Shown: positions 9,697 to 18,621, numbered from the stretch's first letter. The stretch: DNA of 64,000 bases from Parcubacteria bacterium C7867-008 (GCA_001189215.1 LFCR01000006.1:67550-131549), one strand, 5' to 3'. Numbers and translations: made by a program. Notes: generated by a model from the sequence alone, not told the origin.

Positions 9697-10128
9697 ATGC
9701 TAGAATTCCTTCATGAAGAAAGGAATTCTTCGTTATCTATGAAAAATATTATCTCAACCTATCTAGTATCTCTGAAGAAATATGCAGATTTTATGGGTCG
9801 TGCCACCCGTACTGAATATTGGACATTTACGATTGCGAACTGGGCAATCATACTTCTTCTATTAGTACCGTACGCTCTGCTTGGTGAGGATTCAGTATTC
9901 GCGATACTTTGTGGAGCTGTTGATGGCATATTCATCTTCGGTACTGCGATCCCTAATCTTGCTGCTGCGATACGTCGTCTCCATGACACTGGAAAGAGTG
10001 GATGGTGGTTTCTTATACAGTTTGTTCCCTATATAGGTACTCTTGTGCTCATCTACTTCCTTGTTGGACGAACAAAAGTAGAGCCGGTGCCAACACCTCC
10101 TGCTGCCTCGGTACCTCCGGTAGTGTAA
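9697..10128 (+). CDS. DUF805 family inner-membrane protein
   Basis: KKYADFMGRATRTEYWTF matches the DUF805 signature (F.GRA.R.EYW). Confidence 0.6.
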   Translation: MLEFLHEERNSSLSMKNIISTYLVSLKKYADFMGRATRTEYWTFTIANWAIILLLLVPYALLGEDSVFAILCGAVDGIFIFGTAIPNLAAAIRRLHDTGKSGWWFLIQFVPYIGTLVLIYFLVGRTKVEPVPTPPAASVPPVV

Positions 10129-10166
10129 TCAGAGTGCTATCCTTACAACATACGTAATCTAATCTT

Positions 10167-11018
10167 ATGGATCAACAAAACCTTTTAGCTTCTGCTGCCA
10201 CCAGCATAGAGGGACTTCCCACCGAAGTTCTTGCCTCAATCCTTGTTGGAATTCTCGTAGCAATGCTCGTGCTGCTAGCGTTCGGTGTGTTGATGGCTGT
10301 TTCTGCGTGGATCACCTACCGTAAGGCAGGAAGACCAGGATGGGCATCACTTATCCCGTTCTATAACCAGGCGGTGATGCTTGAGTTTACGAATCTCCCA
10401 CTCTGGTGGATCGTGCTTCTCTTCGTGCCAATTGTGAACATTGTAGTGTCGATCATCTTGATGCGTCGTCTTGCAGGCGTGTTTGGAAAAGGGGTTGGAT
10501 TCACCATCGGTCTCATCTTCCTCCCATTCATCTTCTGGCCAATTATCGCCTTTGGACGTTCAACCTACAGCAATACATATCCATCTGCACGCCCAATGTC
10601 TGATGTTACAAAGTGGGCACTTATCGGTCTTACGGCATGTCTGCTCTTCCAGACTGCTTTCACCGTTAAAATAGACTCATTCATTGATAGTCTTGATGAG
10701 ATTGCTCAAGAGTCTATGGAATCTGATACTTCTTATGAAGGTATGGACGATGAAAGCTTTGGATATTGTATAACTGACACCACGGTCTGCTACGACGGTG
10801 AAGTCATTCCTGGTGCAGACCCAAAAACCTTTAAAGATCTAGGTAACGGATACGGTGTTGATGCGAATCATGTATACGATGTGGGATATGTGCTTGAAGG
10901 AGCAGACCCCGCAACCTTCGTAGCGGTTAACGACGGTGGTGCCTACGATGCCAAAGATAAGGATAGCTATTACTACTGGGGTGAGGTAATCAGTGAGGAA
11001 GAAGCGCTCGGTAAATAG
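10167..11018 (+). CDS. membrane protein with DUF5684-like N-terminus and DKNYY-like C-terminal repeats
   Basis: YRKAGRPGWASLIPFYN motif; C-terminal repeated GADPKTF/GADPATF segments and DKDSYYYW resemble DKNYY repeats. Confidence 0.45.
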   Translation: MDQQNLLASAATSIEGLPTEVLASILVGILVAMLVLLAFGVLMAVSAWITYRKAGRPGWASLIPFYNQAVMLEFTNLPLWWIVLLFVPIVNIVVSIILMRRLAGVFGKGVGFTIGLIFLPFIFWPIIAFGRSTYSNTYPSARPMSDVTKWALIGLTACLLFQTAFTVKIDSFIDSLDEIAQESMESDTSYEGMDDESFGYCITDTTVCYDGEVIPGADPKTFKDLGNGYGVDANHVYDVGYVLEGADPATFVAVNDGGAYDAKDKDSYYYWGEVISEEEALGK

Positions 11019-11062
11019 AGGGCTTCCTGGTATGGTAGTAACAGACATGGAAAGGGCTACCA

Positions 11063-11443
11063 ATGCTGATCGGGCTGTTACGTAATGTGATCCTAGGCGA
11101 AGTCTTCTTCGTCCTCCTTGTGAACTTGGGCGCGACGGTTGCTGGCTATACGCTCGCGAAGAAACGTACGCAGACGAGCTATGAAAACATGGAGCGGTGG
11201 GGACGGGCAGCTTTTGCCATCAATACCATCCTGTTCCTAACGGTTTGCGTCTTCAAGAGGAGCGAGAACACGTCCCTGTACTGGTGGTGTGTCTCCCTTA
11301 CGGGCATCACCGTGCTCCTATCTGCAGTGCTCGTGTTCTTGAAGAAATGGGCAGATAAGAACCGCCTACACAGAAAAGTCGCAATTCCTTATGTTCTCAT
11401 CATATTGGGGGGCATCGGCACTGCCGTATTCCTCGCCAATTGA
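11063..11443 (+). CDS. hypothetical membrane protein
   Basis: Four hydrophobic helices. Confidence 0.4.
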   Translation: MLIGLLRNVILGEVFFVLLVNLGATVAGYTLAKKRTQTSYENMERWGRAAFAINTILFLTVCVFKRSENTSLYWWCVSLTGITVLLSAVLVFLKKWADKNRLHRKVAIPYVLIILGGIGTAVFLAN

Positions 11444-11451
11444 CTATGAAG

Positions 11452-11482
11452 GGACCCGTCCGCGCATTGCACGGACGGGTCC
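11452..11482. terminator. bidirectional hairpin between convergent genes
   Basis: ggacccgtccg-cgcattgca-cggacgggtcc, an 11-bp perfect stem. Confidence 0.55.
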
Positions 11483-11494
11483 AATCACTTTTAC

Positions 11495-11893
11495 CTATGC
11501 CTTCTCCTCCTGAGTAACCGGAGCAATGATACCTTCGTTGATCGTCTTACGAAGCTCATTGAACTCATGGGTGAGCATAGCGAGCTTCTCATCAGTACCA
11601 TCTTCAATATCGATGAATTCGTCACGTGCAGGACCACTTGAACGAATGATCTCATCAAGCTTTAGATTGATTGCATGTGCGTCACGATTCTGAGTGTTCT
11701 GAATCAAGAACACCATGAGGAACGTAAGGATGGTGGTTCCAGTGTTTATGACGAGCTGCCAGGTATTCGAGAAATTGAAGAGGGGACCACTCGCTGCCCA
11801 TATAAGGACAAAGAGTATGGCTATTATGAATCCTGTTGGAGATCCAGTAACCCGACTCGTCTTCTGTGCAAGCTTCCGGAAGAGATCATTCAT
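11495..11893 (-). CDS. low-affinity iron permease family protein (pfam04120-like)
   Basis: WQLVINTGTTILTFLMVFLIQNTQNRD matches the conserved core of the bacterial low-affinity Fe permease family. Confidence 0.65.
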   Translation of the reverse strand: MNDLFRKLAQKTSRVTGSPTGFIIAILFVLIWAASGPLFNFSNTWQLVINTGTTILTFLMVFLIQNTQNRDAHAINLKLDEIIRSSGPARDEFIDIEDGTDEKLAMLTHEFNELRKTINEGIIAPVTQEEKA

Positions 11894-11911
11894 GGTGTAC
11901 CTAGAAGAGAA

Positions 11912-12124
11912 CTATGCTCCGCGCTCGTAGCACTTACAGCTGCCTCCAAATAGCTTTGCAACACCGGTCAAGATAATAAGGCTTGGCCATACGATACGAA
12001 TGATGTCTGCCGTAAGGTACCCTGTGTTACCTGCAAGAAAAGCACCACCGAAGAGAATGATAAGTATTGGCTGAACAAGGTGATGCGGACAACGACAAGA
12101 CGAGGAAGTATTAACGTGATTCAT
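11912..12124 (-). CDS. small hypothetical membrane protein
   Basis: 70-aa ORF with two hydrophobic helices; weak support. Confidence 0.25.
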   Translation of the reverse strand: MNHVNTSSSCRCPHHLVQPILIILFGGAFLAGNTGYLTADIIRIVWPSLIILTGVAKLFGGSCKCYERGA

Positions 12125-12276
12125 GTACAGAAATTATATGTGTATAGGATTAAGAATAGCAGGGTATACAGGATGACTGTTGGGGCAGGTGGATAGTCTT
12201 GAAGATTGAAAAAATGACGGAATTGGGTAGGATGAGCAGAACGGACCTGCATAGGTTCGTTGCATGTTCTTAGTTC

Positions 12277-12539
12277 GCCGATGTAGCTCAGGGGTAGAGC
12301 AACTCCATGGTGGGCCGCAAAGCCCTGCCCACGTCTTCTGCGAAGAATTCGTGAATCCCGAATTACGGTTAATAGTCCCACAGGCCAAGACCGTGGCGTT
12401 CTAGATATGGGACGCCCGAACGACTGACAAGGGTATCTCTCGAAGATAAATATACAGTCTAGCCCTTCTCCAAGTGGTACAGGAGAGAAGGTGTAAGCGA
12501 AGGAGTAGGTCGGCAGTTCAATTCTGCCCATCGGCTCCA
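12277..12539 (+). tRNA. intron-containing tRNA, tentatively tRNA-Thr (GGU); exons 12277..12311 and 12500..12539
   Basis: Acceptor GCCGATG/CATCGGC, D-arm GCTC-AGGGGTA-GAGC, anticodon stem ACTCC/GGAGT, T-arm GGCAG-TTCAATT-CTGCC, encoded CCA. The anticodon loop is split AUGGU|AA by a 188-nt insert. Confidence 0.7.
12312..12499 (+). ncRNA. group I-like intron in the tRNA anticodon loop (after position 36)
   Basis: 5' exon ends in U (12311), which can pair with G12327 in a P1 helix (G12310-C12328, G12309-C12329; the intron 5' end GGGC pairs with GCCC). The intron ends in G (12499). Internal P4/P7-like strings (ccaagaccgtgg, acagtctag). No intron ORF. Confidence 0.6.
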
Positions 12540-12540
12540 T

Positions 12541-12861
12541 ATGACAGAGTCTAAAACAAAGGAGCACCCATTTTCCGGTAAGACCGGAAGAATCTTGGTG
12601 CTAGTGTTCACCCTCCTTTATATAGCAGCATCCGGTATTTATTTCTTCACCACGGGTGTGAAGGAATTTACGCTGTATCTTGCTGTACTGTTAGTACTCG
12701 TAGGGCTTGTTGCTTGGACCCTACCGCGCACCAGACTTCCGGTGTGGTCTCTTTGGCTCCTTTCCATTCTCGGCCTCCTCCACGCTCTTGGTGGTGGCGT
12801 ACAGGTGAATGGTGACGTTCTATATAACTTTATTCTGATTCCAATCGTTATAACGGTTTGA
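12541..12861 (+). CDS. hypothetical membrane protein, possibly the N-terminal part of a split gene
   Basis: Three TM helices; overlaps the next ORF by 4 nt in a different frame. Confidence 0.35.
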   Translation: MTESKTKEHPFSGKTGRILVLVFTLLYIAASGIYFFTTGVKEFTLYLAVLLVLVGLVAWTLPRTRLPVWSLWLLSILGLLHALGGGVQVNGDVLYNFILIPIVITV

Positions 12862-13181
12862 ATGGAATCACTCTCTGGCGCTTTGATCAGTTGGTACACC
12901 CATATGGCACTGCAGTGGCTGCACTCATTGCATACTTCTTCATTGCAAGACATGCAAAGCTTCCGCGTATCTGGATGGTTATTCTCGCAGCGTTTGTGGC
13001 AATGGGACTTGGTGCACTCAATGAAGTGATTGAGTTCATTACCAAACTCACTGTTCCTAATACAGACGTAGGTGGATACAACAACACGGCAATAGACCTC
13101 TGTACCAATATGGTCGGTGCAATTATTGGTGCTGCAATTGCTGCACTTAAGTGGGGGAAGAAGCCTCCACTTGATACTTAA
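12858..13181 (+). CDS. hypothetical membrane protein, possibly the C-terminal part of a split gene
   Basis: TTG start; TM helices; LNEVIEF motif. Confidence 0.35.
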   Translation: MNGITLWRFDQLVHPYGTAVAALIAYFFIARHAKLPRIWMVILAAFVAMGLGALNEVIEFITKLTVPNTDVGGYNNTAIDLCTNMVGAIIGAAIAALKWGKKPPLDT

Positions 13182-13217
13182 TCTTTTTGTGGGTACATTG
13201 AGAAACGTATTTAGTTT

Positions 13218-13293
13218 GCCGAGGTAGCTCAGTTGGTAGAGCAATTGCATCGTAAGCAATGGGTCGGGAGTTCAAGTCTCCCCCTCGGCTCCA
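13218..13293 (+). tRNA. tRNA-Thr (CGT)
   Basis: Acceptor GCCGAGG/CCTCGGC, anticodon arm ATTGC-ATCGTAA-GCAAT, T-arm GGGAG-TTCAAGT-CTCCC, CCA encoded. Confidence 0.9.
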
Positions 13294-13296
13294 GAA

Positions 13297-13332
13297 GAAA
13301 AACTGACTCTTACTAAGAGTCAGTTTTTCTTT
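13297..13332 (+). terminator. rho-independent terminator after tRNA-Thr
   Basis: actgactct-tacta-agagtcagt followed by tttttcttt. Confidence 0.7.
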
Positions 13333-13379
13333 ATCAATCTCTTACCGTATCTCTATCACCAAAAAGCTATGCTCACGCA

Positions 13380-13446
13380 GCCGGCGGTTTGGTAACGTGG
13401 AGAGCTTGGTAACTCACCCACAAGGGTTCGATCCCCTTCGTCGGCG
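13380..13446 (+). pseudogene. tRNA-like remnant with intact T-arm and 3' acceptor strand, degenerate 5' half
   Basis: AAGGG-TTCGATC-CCCTT T-arm and acceptor GCCGGCG/CGTCGGC pair well, but no D or anticodon arm can be drawn. Confidence 0.3.
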
Positions 13447-13456
13447 TAGTAGTGTG

Positions 13457-13492
13457 TTGACGATATCTTCCCAAGGCGTAGTATATAGAGGC
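13457..13492 (+). promoter_or_regulatory. candidate sigma70-type promoter (TTGACG, 17 nt, TAGTAT)
   Basis: Sequence motif only. Confidence 0.25.
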
Positions 13493-13530
13493 CAAGCTCG
13501 TGTTTATACCAGACGTGGGTGAGAAGGAAG

Positions 13531-13558
13531 AACGGCCGAAAGGCCGTTTTTCTTTTTT
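13531..13558 (+). terminator. intrinsic-terminator-like hairpin in the prfB 5' leader (possible attenuator)
   Basis: acggcc-gaaa-ggccgt followed by tttttctttttt, 15 nt upstream of the prfB ATG. Confidence 0.45.
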
Positions 13559-13572
13559 GCTATACTCAGCCC

Positions 13573-14454
13573 ATGAGTCCTGAAGACCGTCTCGCAGAAA
13601 TTGAACAGCTCATGATGTCCCCAAACTTCTGGAGTGATAAGGATGCTGCTCAGAAAGTAGTACGTGAATATCAATCTCTTAAAGAAGGAGGCTCTGGAGA
13701 TGGACATGACGGAGGATCAGCTACCCTTGCAATCCTTGCTGGCGCTGGTGGAGACGATGCAGAAGACTTTGCACGCATGCTCCGTGGAATGTACGAAGGA
13801 TATGCCGATGAGAAGGGATGGGCGGCACGAGAACTCCATGCAAATGAAAACAACCATGGAGGCTATCGAAATCTACTCCTAGAAATTGAAGGACGGGGTG
13901 TATACGGACGTATTAAGCATGAGGCAGGGGTACACCGATTGGTGCGCATCTCTCCCTTTAATGCGAATGATAAGCGTCAAACATCTTTTGCATTAGTGGA
14001 AGTCCTCCCAGTGCTTGCACCCAATGAGCAGACCGCACTTAATCCAGAAGAACTTGAGATCACCTTCGCTAAATCAGGTGGAGCAGGTGGACAGAACGTA
14101 AACAAAAGAGAGACCGCTGTGCGCATTACTCACACTCCAACAGGTATTTCTGTACACGTATCCAGTGAACGAAGTCAGCAAGCAAATCGCGATAAAGCCG
14201 TCTCTCTTATCCAGGCGAAGATATTTGCGCGTGAAGAAGAGAAGCGAGATGCAGAAGCAAAGGGGCGATCTATTGCTGCAACCACCGCCAATGAATGGGG
14301 TAGTCAGATACGGTCATATGTATTACATCCGTACAAAATGGTAAAAGATCATGTAACAGGCCACGAATCACATGATCCTGAGGCGGTATTAGCGGGAGAC
14401 CTTGATGATTTCATCGATGCATCCACAAACAGTGGGCAAGACACGGAGGGGTAG
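13573..14454 (+). CDS. prfB: peptide chain release factor 2, N-terminally short, no programmed frameshift site
   Basis: SPF tripeptide (ISPFNAND) and GGQ ([11 protein letters not shown]) motifs; start placed at ATG 13573 after the leader hairpin; no CTTTGAC frameshift heptamer upstream. Confidence 0.8.
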   Translation: MSPEDRLAEIEQLMMSPNFWSDKDAAQKVVREYQSLKEGGSGDGHDGGSATLAILAGAGGDDAEDFARMLRGMYEGYADEKGWAARELHANENNHGGYRNLLLEIEGRGVYGRIKHEAGVHRLVRISPFNANDKRQTSFALVEVLPVLAPNEQTALNPEELEITFAKSGGAGGQNVNKRETAVRITHTPTGISVHVSSERSQQANRDKAVSLIQAKIFAREEEKRDAEAKGRSIAATTANEWGSQIRSYVLHPYKMVKDHVTGHESHDPEAVLAGDLDDFIDASTNSGQDTEG

Positions 14455-14471
14455 GGTATAATGAGCCGGTC

Positions 14472-15152
14472 ATGATCTATTTCGACAAGGTGACGAAACT
14501 CTATCGAGACGGGACTCCCGCTCTTGAAGACATCACCCTCTCGATTGCTCCTAAAGAGTTCGTTTCTATCGTTGGTCACTCAGGTGCTGGCAAGACCACA
14601 CTCCTTAAAATGCTTCTTGCAGAGGATGCACCAACCACCGGTACTGTTTATTTTGAATCAACGGATGTGCACTCCCTCCCTAAGAGCCTCCTCCATCACT
14701 ACCGTCGCAAGATCGGTATGGTCTTCCAAGACTTTCGTCTCATTCCAAATAAGACTGCATACGAAAACATTGCCTTTGCTATGGAAGCAGCAGGTCGTCA
14801 TGATGATGAGATTGCGTCAGACGTACCCCACATCCTTGATCTCGTTGATCTTGGTAGCAAAGGAGGTCATTTCCCGCACCAGCTCTCAGGAGGAGAACAG
14901 CAGCGCGTTGCTATTGGTCGTGCGATTGTGAATCAGCCTGATGTGATTGTTGCTGATGAGCCAACCGGAAACCTTGATCCGGTAAACACGTACGAGATCG
15001 TTGAAATACTTAAGAAGGTTAACGAACTAGGCACGACTGTTCTCATCACCACACACAACAAGGGTGTGGTTGATGCGATGGGCAAGCGTGTTATTACCAT
15101 GGAACGTGGACGCATCACTCGTGACGACGCACACGGACAGTATATTCTTTAG
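14472..15152 (+). CDS. ftsE: cell division ATP-binding protein FtsE
   Basis: Walker A GHSGAGKTT, ABC signature LSGGEQQRVAIGRA, adjacent FtsX. Confidence 0.85.
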   Translation: MIYFDKVTKLYRDGTPALEDITLSIAPKEFVSIVGHSGAGKTTLLKMLLAEDAPTTGTVYFESTDVHSLPKSLLHHYRRKIGMVFQDFRLIPNKTAYENIAFAMEAAGRHDDEIASDVPHILDLVDLGSKGGHFPHQLSGGEQQRVAIGRAIVNQPDVIVADEPTGNLDPVNTYEIVEILKKVNELGTTVLITTHNKGVVDAMGKRVITMERGRITRDDAHGQYIL

Positions 15153-15155
15153 CGT

Positions 15156-16067
15156 ATGATGATGACCTTCAAGCGAATCCTTTCAGCCGGCGCGACATCC
15201 TTCACGCGCAGTGGTCTTGTGTCTTTCGCTACCGTGCTCATCATGACCGTCACACTGATCATCATTGGTGCGCTTGTACTGCTCTCCGCCGTTCTTACCA
15301 ACACCCTCACCTCAATTCAGAACAAGGTGGATGTGAACGTATACTTTGCTACCACTGCGGAAGAGAGTCAGGTACTTGCGGTAAAGACACGCCTCGAACA
15401 GCGTCCCGAGGTTGATGAGGTTACCTATACCTCTCGTGACCAATCTTTACTGACTTTCCGTGAGAAGCATCAAGACGACGTGCTCACTCTTCAGGCACTT
15501 GATCAGTTGGGAGACAATCCACTTGGCGCATCACTTGCTGTTAAGGCAAAGGACCCAACACTCTATGCCGCAGTCGTACAGTTCCTTACGGACGACACGG
15601 CAGCGAGCAGCATCATAGACCGTATTAACTACGCACAGAACAAGGTCGTTATTGAACGTCTGAGTAATGCCATTGATGCAACGCAGCGTGCTGGTCTTGC
15701 GATCGTAATCCTCTTTGTTATTGCTTCAATCATCATCGCGCTAGCAACCGTTCGTCTTGCTATATACAGCGCACGTGATGAGATCTCCGTCATGCGTCTT
15801 GTGGGAGCTTCAAACATGTACATTCGGGGTCCGTTCATTGTTGCTGGGGTTATTGCAGGACTCATATCCGGTCTGATAGCACTGGCGTTCTTCTTCCCCG
15901 TAACCTGGTACGCAGGCTATGCATTCTCAACCTGGCTTGGTGGTTTCAATCTCTTTACGTACTACGTGGTTAATTTCCCATTCCTCTTCATGGTGGTGGT
16001 TGGTTCCGGTCTTGTGCTAGGTTCTATTGCCTCATTCTTAGGAGTCCGTAGGTATCTTCAGGTATAA
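15156..16067 (+). CDS. ftsX: cell division permease-like protein FtsX
   Basis: N-terminal TM, large extracellular loop, 3 C-terminal TM helices; directly downstream of ftsE. Confidence 0.8.
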   Translation: MMMTFKRILSAGATSFTRSGLVSFATVLIMTVTLIIIGALVLLSAVLTNTLTSIQNKVDVNVYFATTAEESQVLAVKTRLEQRPEVDEVTYTSRDQSLLTFREKHQDDVLTLQALDQLGDNPLGASLAVKAKDPTLYAAVVQFLTDDTAASSIIDRINYAQNKVVIERLSNAIDATQRAGLAIVILFVIASIIIALATVRLAIYSARDEISVMRLVGASNMYIRGPFIVAGVIAGLISGLIALAFFFPVTWYAGYAFSTWLGGFNLFTYYVVNFPFLFMVVVGSGLVLGSIASFLGVRRYLQV

Positions 16068-16070
16068 CGT

Positions 16071-17714
16071 ATGGCAATCGAAGGACATAAGTATATATTT
16101 GTGCTCGGGGGCGTCATGTCTGGCGTTGGAAAGGGAGTAGCCGCATCAAGTATGGGTCTTATCCTGCAGCAGCGAGGATACGGAGTTAATCTCGTAAAGA
16201 TTGATCCCTATCTGAACGTAGACGCAGGAACTATGAACCCCACAGAACACGGAGAAGTCTTCGTATTGAAGAGTGGTCTTGAGACTGATCAGGACATGGG
16301 TAACTACGAGCGATTCTTGAATCGTGATCTTGGCCCAGAAGACTATATGACCTCAGGCATGGTGTATCAGAGTGTTATTAACCGTGAGCGTGCACTGGGA
16401 TACCATGGACACACGGTAGAAGCGATCCCACACGTCCGAGATGAGATTCTTGCGCGTATCGAGGAGGCGGCTTCCTACAACGGAAGCCGTATCTCTGTTA
16501 TTGAGATTGGTGGTACGGTGGGAGATTTCCAGAACGCACTCTTTATCGAAGCAGCACGTGTTATGCGTCTGAAGCGTCCCGATGATGTTCGTTTTGTAAT
16601 GGTGTCCTATCTTCCCGTACCTGGAACACTTGGTGAAATGAAGACTAAGCCAACACAGAGTGCGGTACGTGAACTTAACTCCTATGGGGTGCAACCAGAT
16701 TTTATCGTTGCTCGTTCAAAAGGTTCAATGGACGAAAAGCGAAAGGAGAAGCTTGCTATCTGGTGCAATGTACGCCCTGAGCACATTATCTCTGCGCCGG
16801 ATGTAGATTCTATTTATGATGTACCGCTTAACTTCGAGAAGGATAATCTGGGTGATCTGTTACTTGATGCACTCTCACTTCCTAAAGACAAGAAAGCTGA
16901 TTTTGACGAGTGGCAGAAGTTTGTAGACAACACTAAGATTAGTACCCCTGAATTGAAGATTGGCATTGTTGGTAAGTATTTTGATACGGGAGATTTTGTT
17001 CTTTCAGACGCGTATCTTTCAGTTATTGAAGCACTCAAGTTCTCCGGAGCAGCACTTCAAGTTAAGCCAAAGATTGAATGGATTAATGCAAAGAAGCTCG
17101 AAGGTGATGCAGATCTCAGCACTCTAGATGTATACGATGGCATTATCGTTCCAGGTGGCTTCGGGGAGACTGGTATCGAAGGAAAGATTGCTGCAGCTAA
17201 GTATGCTCGTGAAAAGAAGATTCCATACTTTGGGCTCTGCTATGGCATGCATATGCTCGTGATTGAATACGCACGTAATGTGCTTGGCTTCGATGGTGCG
17301 CACACGGTTGAAATCAATGCAGAGACTAAATATCCCGTTGTTGATGTGATGCCCGATCAGAAGGCCCATATATCTGAAGGGAAGTACGGCGGTACGATGC
17401 GTCTTGGTTCATACACCGCAAAGCTTACAGAAGGAACTATTGCGCGTGAAGCATATGGTATTGATTCAGTTGATGAGCGTCATCGCCACCGCTACGAAAT
17501 TAATCCAGAATACATTCCTCAACTTATTCAGAAGGGTCTCGTGTTCTCAGGTACTAGCCCTGATGGTGTCTTAATGGAGATTGCAGAACTTCCTAAGAGT
17601 GAGCACCCATTTATGCTTGGGTGTCAGTTCCACCCAGAACTTCAAGCACGCCCTCTTTCACCGCACCCGCTCTTCACCGCATTTCTTAAAGCATCTATTG
17701 AAAAGAAAGGGTAA
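16071..17714 (+). CDS. pyrG: CTP synthase
   Basis: N-terminal synthetase domain (VLGGVMSGVGKGVAASS) and C-terminal glutamine amidotransferase (GLCYGMHM, HPE). Confidence 0.9.
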   Translation: MAIEGHKYIFVLGGVMSGVGKGVAASSMGLILQQRGYGVNLVKIDPYLNVDAGTMNPTEHGEVFVLKSGLETDQDMGNYERFLNRDLGPEDYMTSGMVYQSVINRERALGYHGHTVEAIPHVRDEILARIEEAASYNGSRISVIEIGGTVGDFQNALFIEAARVMRLKRPDDVRFVMVSYLPVPGTLGEMKTKPTQSAVRELNSYGVQPDFIVARSKGSMDEKRKEKLAIWCNVRPEHIISAPDVDSIYDVPLNFEKDNLGDLLLDALSLPKDKKADFDEWQKFVDNTKISTPELKIGIVGKYFDTGDFVLSDAYLSVIEALKFSGAALQVKPKIEWINAKKLEGDADLSTLDVYDGIIVPGGFGETGIEGKIAAAKYAREKKIPYFGLCYGMHMLVIEYARNVLGFDGAHTVEINAETKYPVVDVMPDQKAHISEGKYGGTMRLGSYTAKLTEGTIAREAYGIDSVDERHRHRYEINPEYIPQLIQKGLVFSGTSPDGVLMEIAELPKSEHPFMLGCQFHPELQARPLSPHPLFTAFLKASIEKKG

Positions 17715-17756
17715 TATTGTATTTAATAAACTTTGTGTTATAGTTTAATTAGAGTA

Positions 17757-17775
17757 CCGTATCAGTTCGATACGG
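17757..17775 (+). promoter_or_regulatory. 7-bp perfect hairpin between pyrG and the XRE regulator gene
   Basis: ccgtatc-agttc-gatacgg; no following U-tract. Confidence 0.3.
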
Positions 17776-17794
17776 ACCACTGGGAGAGACTGTA

Positions 17795-18175
17795 GTGGAC
17801 GAAATTGATATTCATCTTGGACGACGTCTCAGGCGCAGGCGCCATTTGCTGGGACTTTCCCAGCAAGAACTCGCACACGCGTGCGGGTTGCAGTTCCAGC
17901 AGATCCAGAAGTACGAATGCGCTGCGAATCGCATGAGTGCTGCTCGTCTGTGGCAGTTGGCAGAAATTCTAGAAGTACCCGTCAGCTACTTCTATGAAGG
18001 ACTCACCAGGCATCAGCGTGATCGGATTGAAGGGGAGACCGCTTCAAGCACCAACGAGGTCATTGCCAGCAAGGAGACGCAGGATCTGATCCGTGCGTAC
18101 TATCAGCTGAACGAACGCCCTCGTCGCAGGCTCCTGGACCTCGCCAAGGCAATGAACGGAGAAATCGAAGCCTGA
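17795..18175 (+). CDS. XRE-family HTH transcriptional regulator (GC-rich, likely acquired)
   Basis: LGLSQQELAHACGLQFQQIQKYE HTH; codon composition visibly GC-richer than neighbours. Confidence 0.65.
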   Translation: MDEIDIHLGRRLRRRRHLLGLSQQELAHACGLQFQQIQKYECAANRMSAARLWQLAEILEVPVSYFYEGLTRHQRDRIEGETASSTNEVIASKETQDLIRAYYQLNERPRRRLLDLAKAMNGEIEA

Positions 18176-18206
18176 GCTGCAGCAGCTCTACAGATATAAA
18201 GAAAAA

Positions 18207-18243
18207 CACCGGCAGCCCCACTAGGCTGCCGGCTTCTTTTATG
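18207..18243 (+). terminator. rho-independent terminator
   Basis: ccggcagcc-ccactag-gctgccgg followed by cttctttt. Confidence 0.65.
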
Positions 18244-18360
18244 GTAACGAACCTAGAATTCAGACGTCTTATATATAGATCCCGTTAATGGGGGATAATC
18301 AAATCTTCATAGTTCCCATTGCTATACTTACTAGTATTATCGGTTTTAACAGAATCATTC

Positions 18361-18621
18361 ATGTCTCAGAACACGAAGGTAGCAGTGGCGATAGCCGTGG
18401 TTGTCGTTCTCGGCGTAGCTGCCTATTACTGGTACGCAAAAATGATGCCGCAGGAAGATACTACGTTCACCACCGCGTCTAGCACGCTTCCTTCAGGTAA
18501 CAGCACCACAGACACAAGTCTTAACGAAGATACCGCTGCTATAGATGCAGAGCTCAAAGGTCTCATTGCAGATCAAGCAACGGTAAACAGTTCAGTGGAT
18601 GATTCGGAAAAGACCTATTAG
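18361..18621 (+). CDS. small membrane-anchored hypothetical protein
   Basis: Start at ATG 18361 (MSQNTKVAVAIAVVVVLG), one TM, Ser/Thr-rich tail. Confidence 0.35.
   Translation: MSQNTKVAVAIAVVVVLGVAAYYWYAKMMPQEDTTFTTASSTLPSGNSTTDTSLNEDTAAIDAELKGLIADQATVNSSVDDSEKTY

Noticed and set aside
12121-12567. Two minus-strand ORFs (148 aa and 84 aa) from the ORF track
   Set aside because: They lie entirely over the intron-containing tRNA gene on the + strand. Their translations, for example MEPMGRIELPTYSF, are the typical artefacts of reading tRNA sequence antisense.
13380-13446. Functional tRNA gene
   Set aside because: Only the T-arm and acceptor pair; no D-arm or anticodon arm can be drawn, and no anticodon can be assigned, so it was annotated as a remnant.
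13440-13575. Programmed +1 frameshift site (CTT TGA C) for prfB
   Set aside because: I translated the -1 frame upstream of the prfB ATG and found early stops (13458, 13479) and no CTTTGAC heptamer. The gene appears to be a single uninterrupted ORF.
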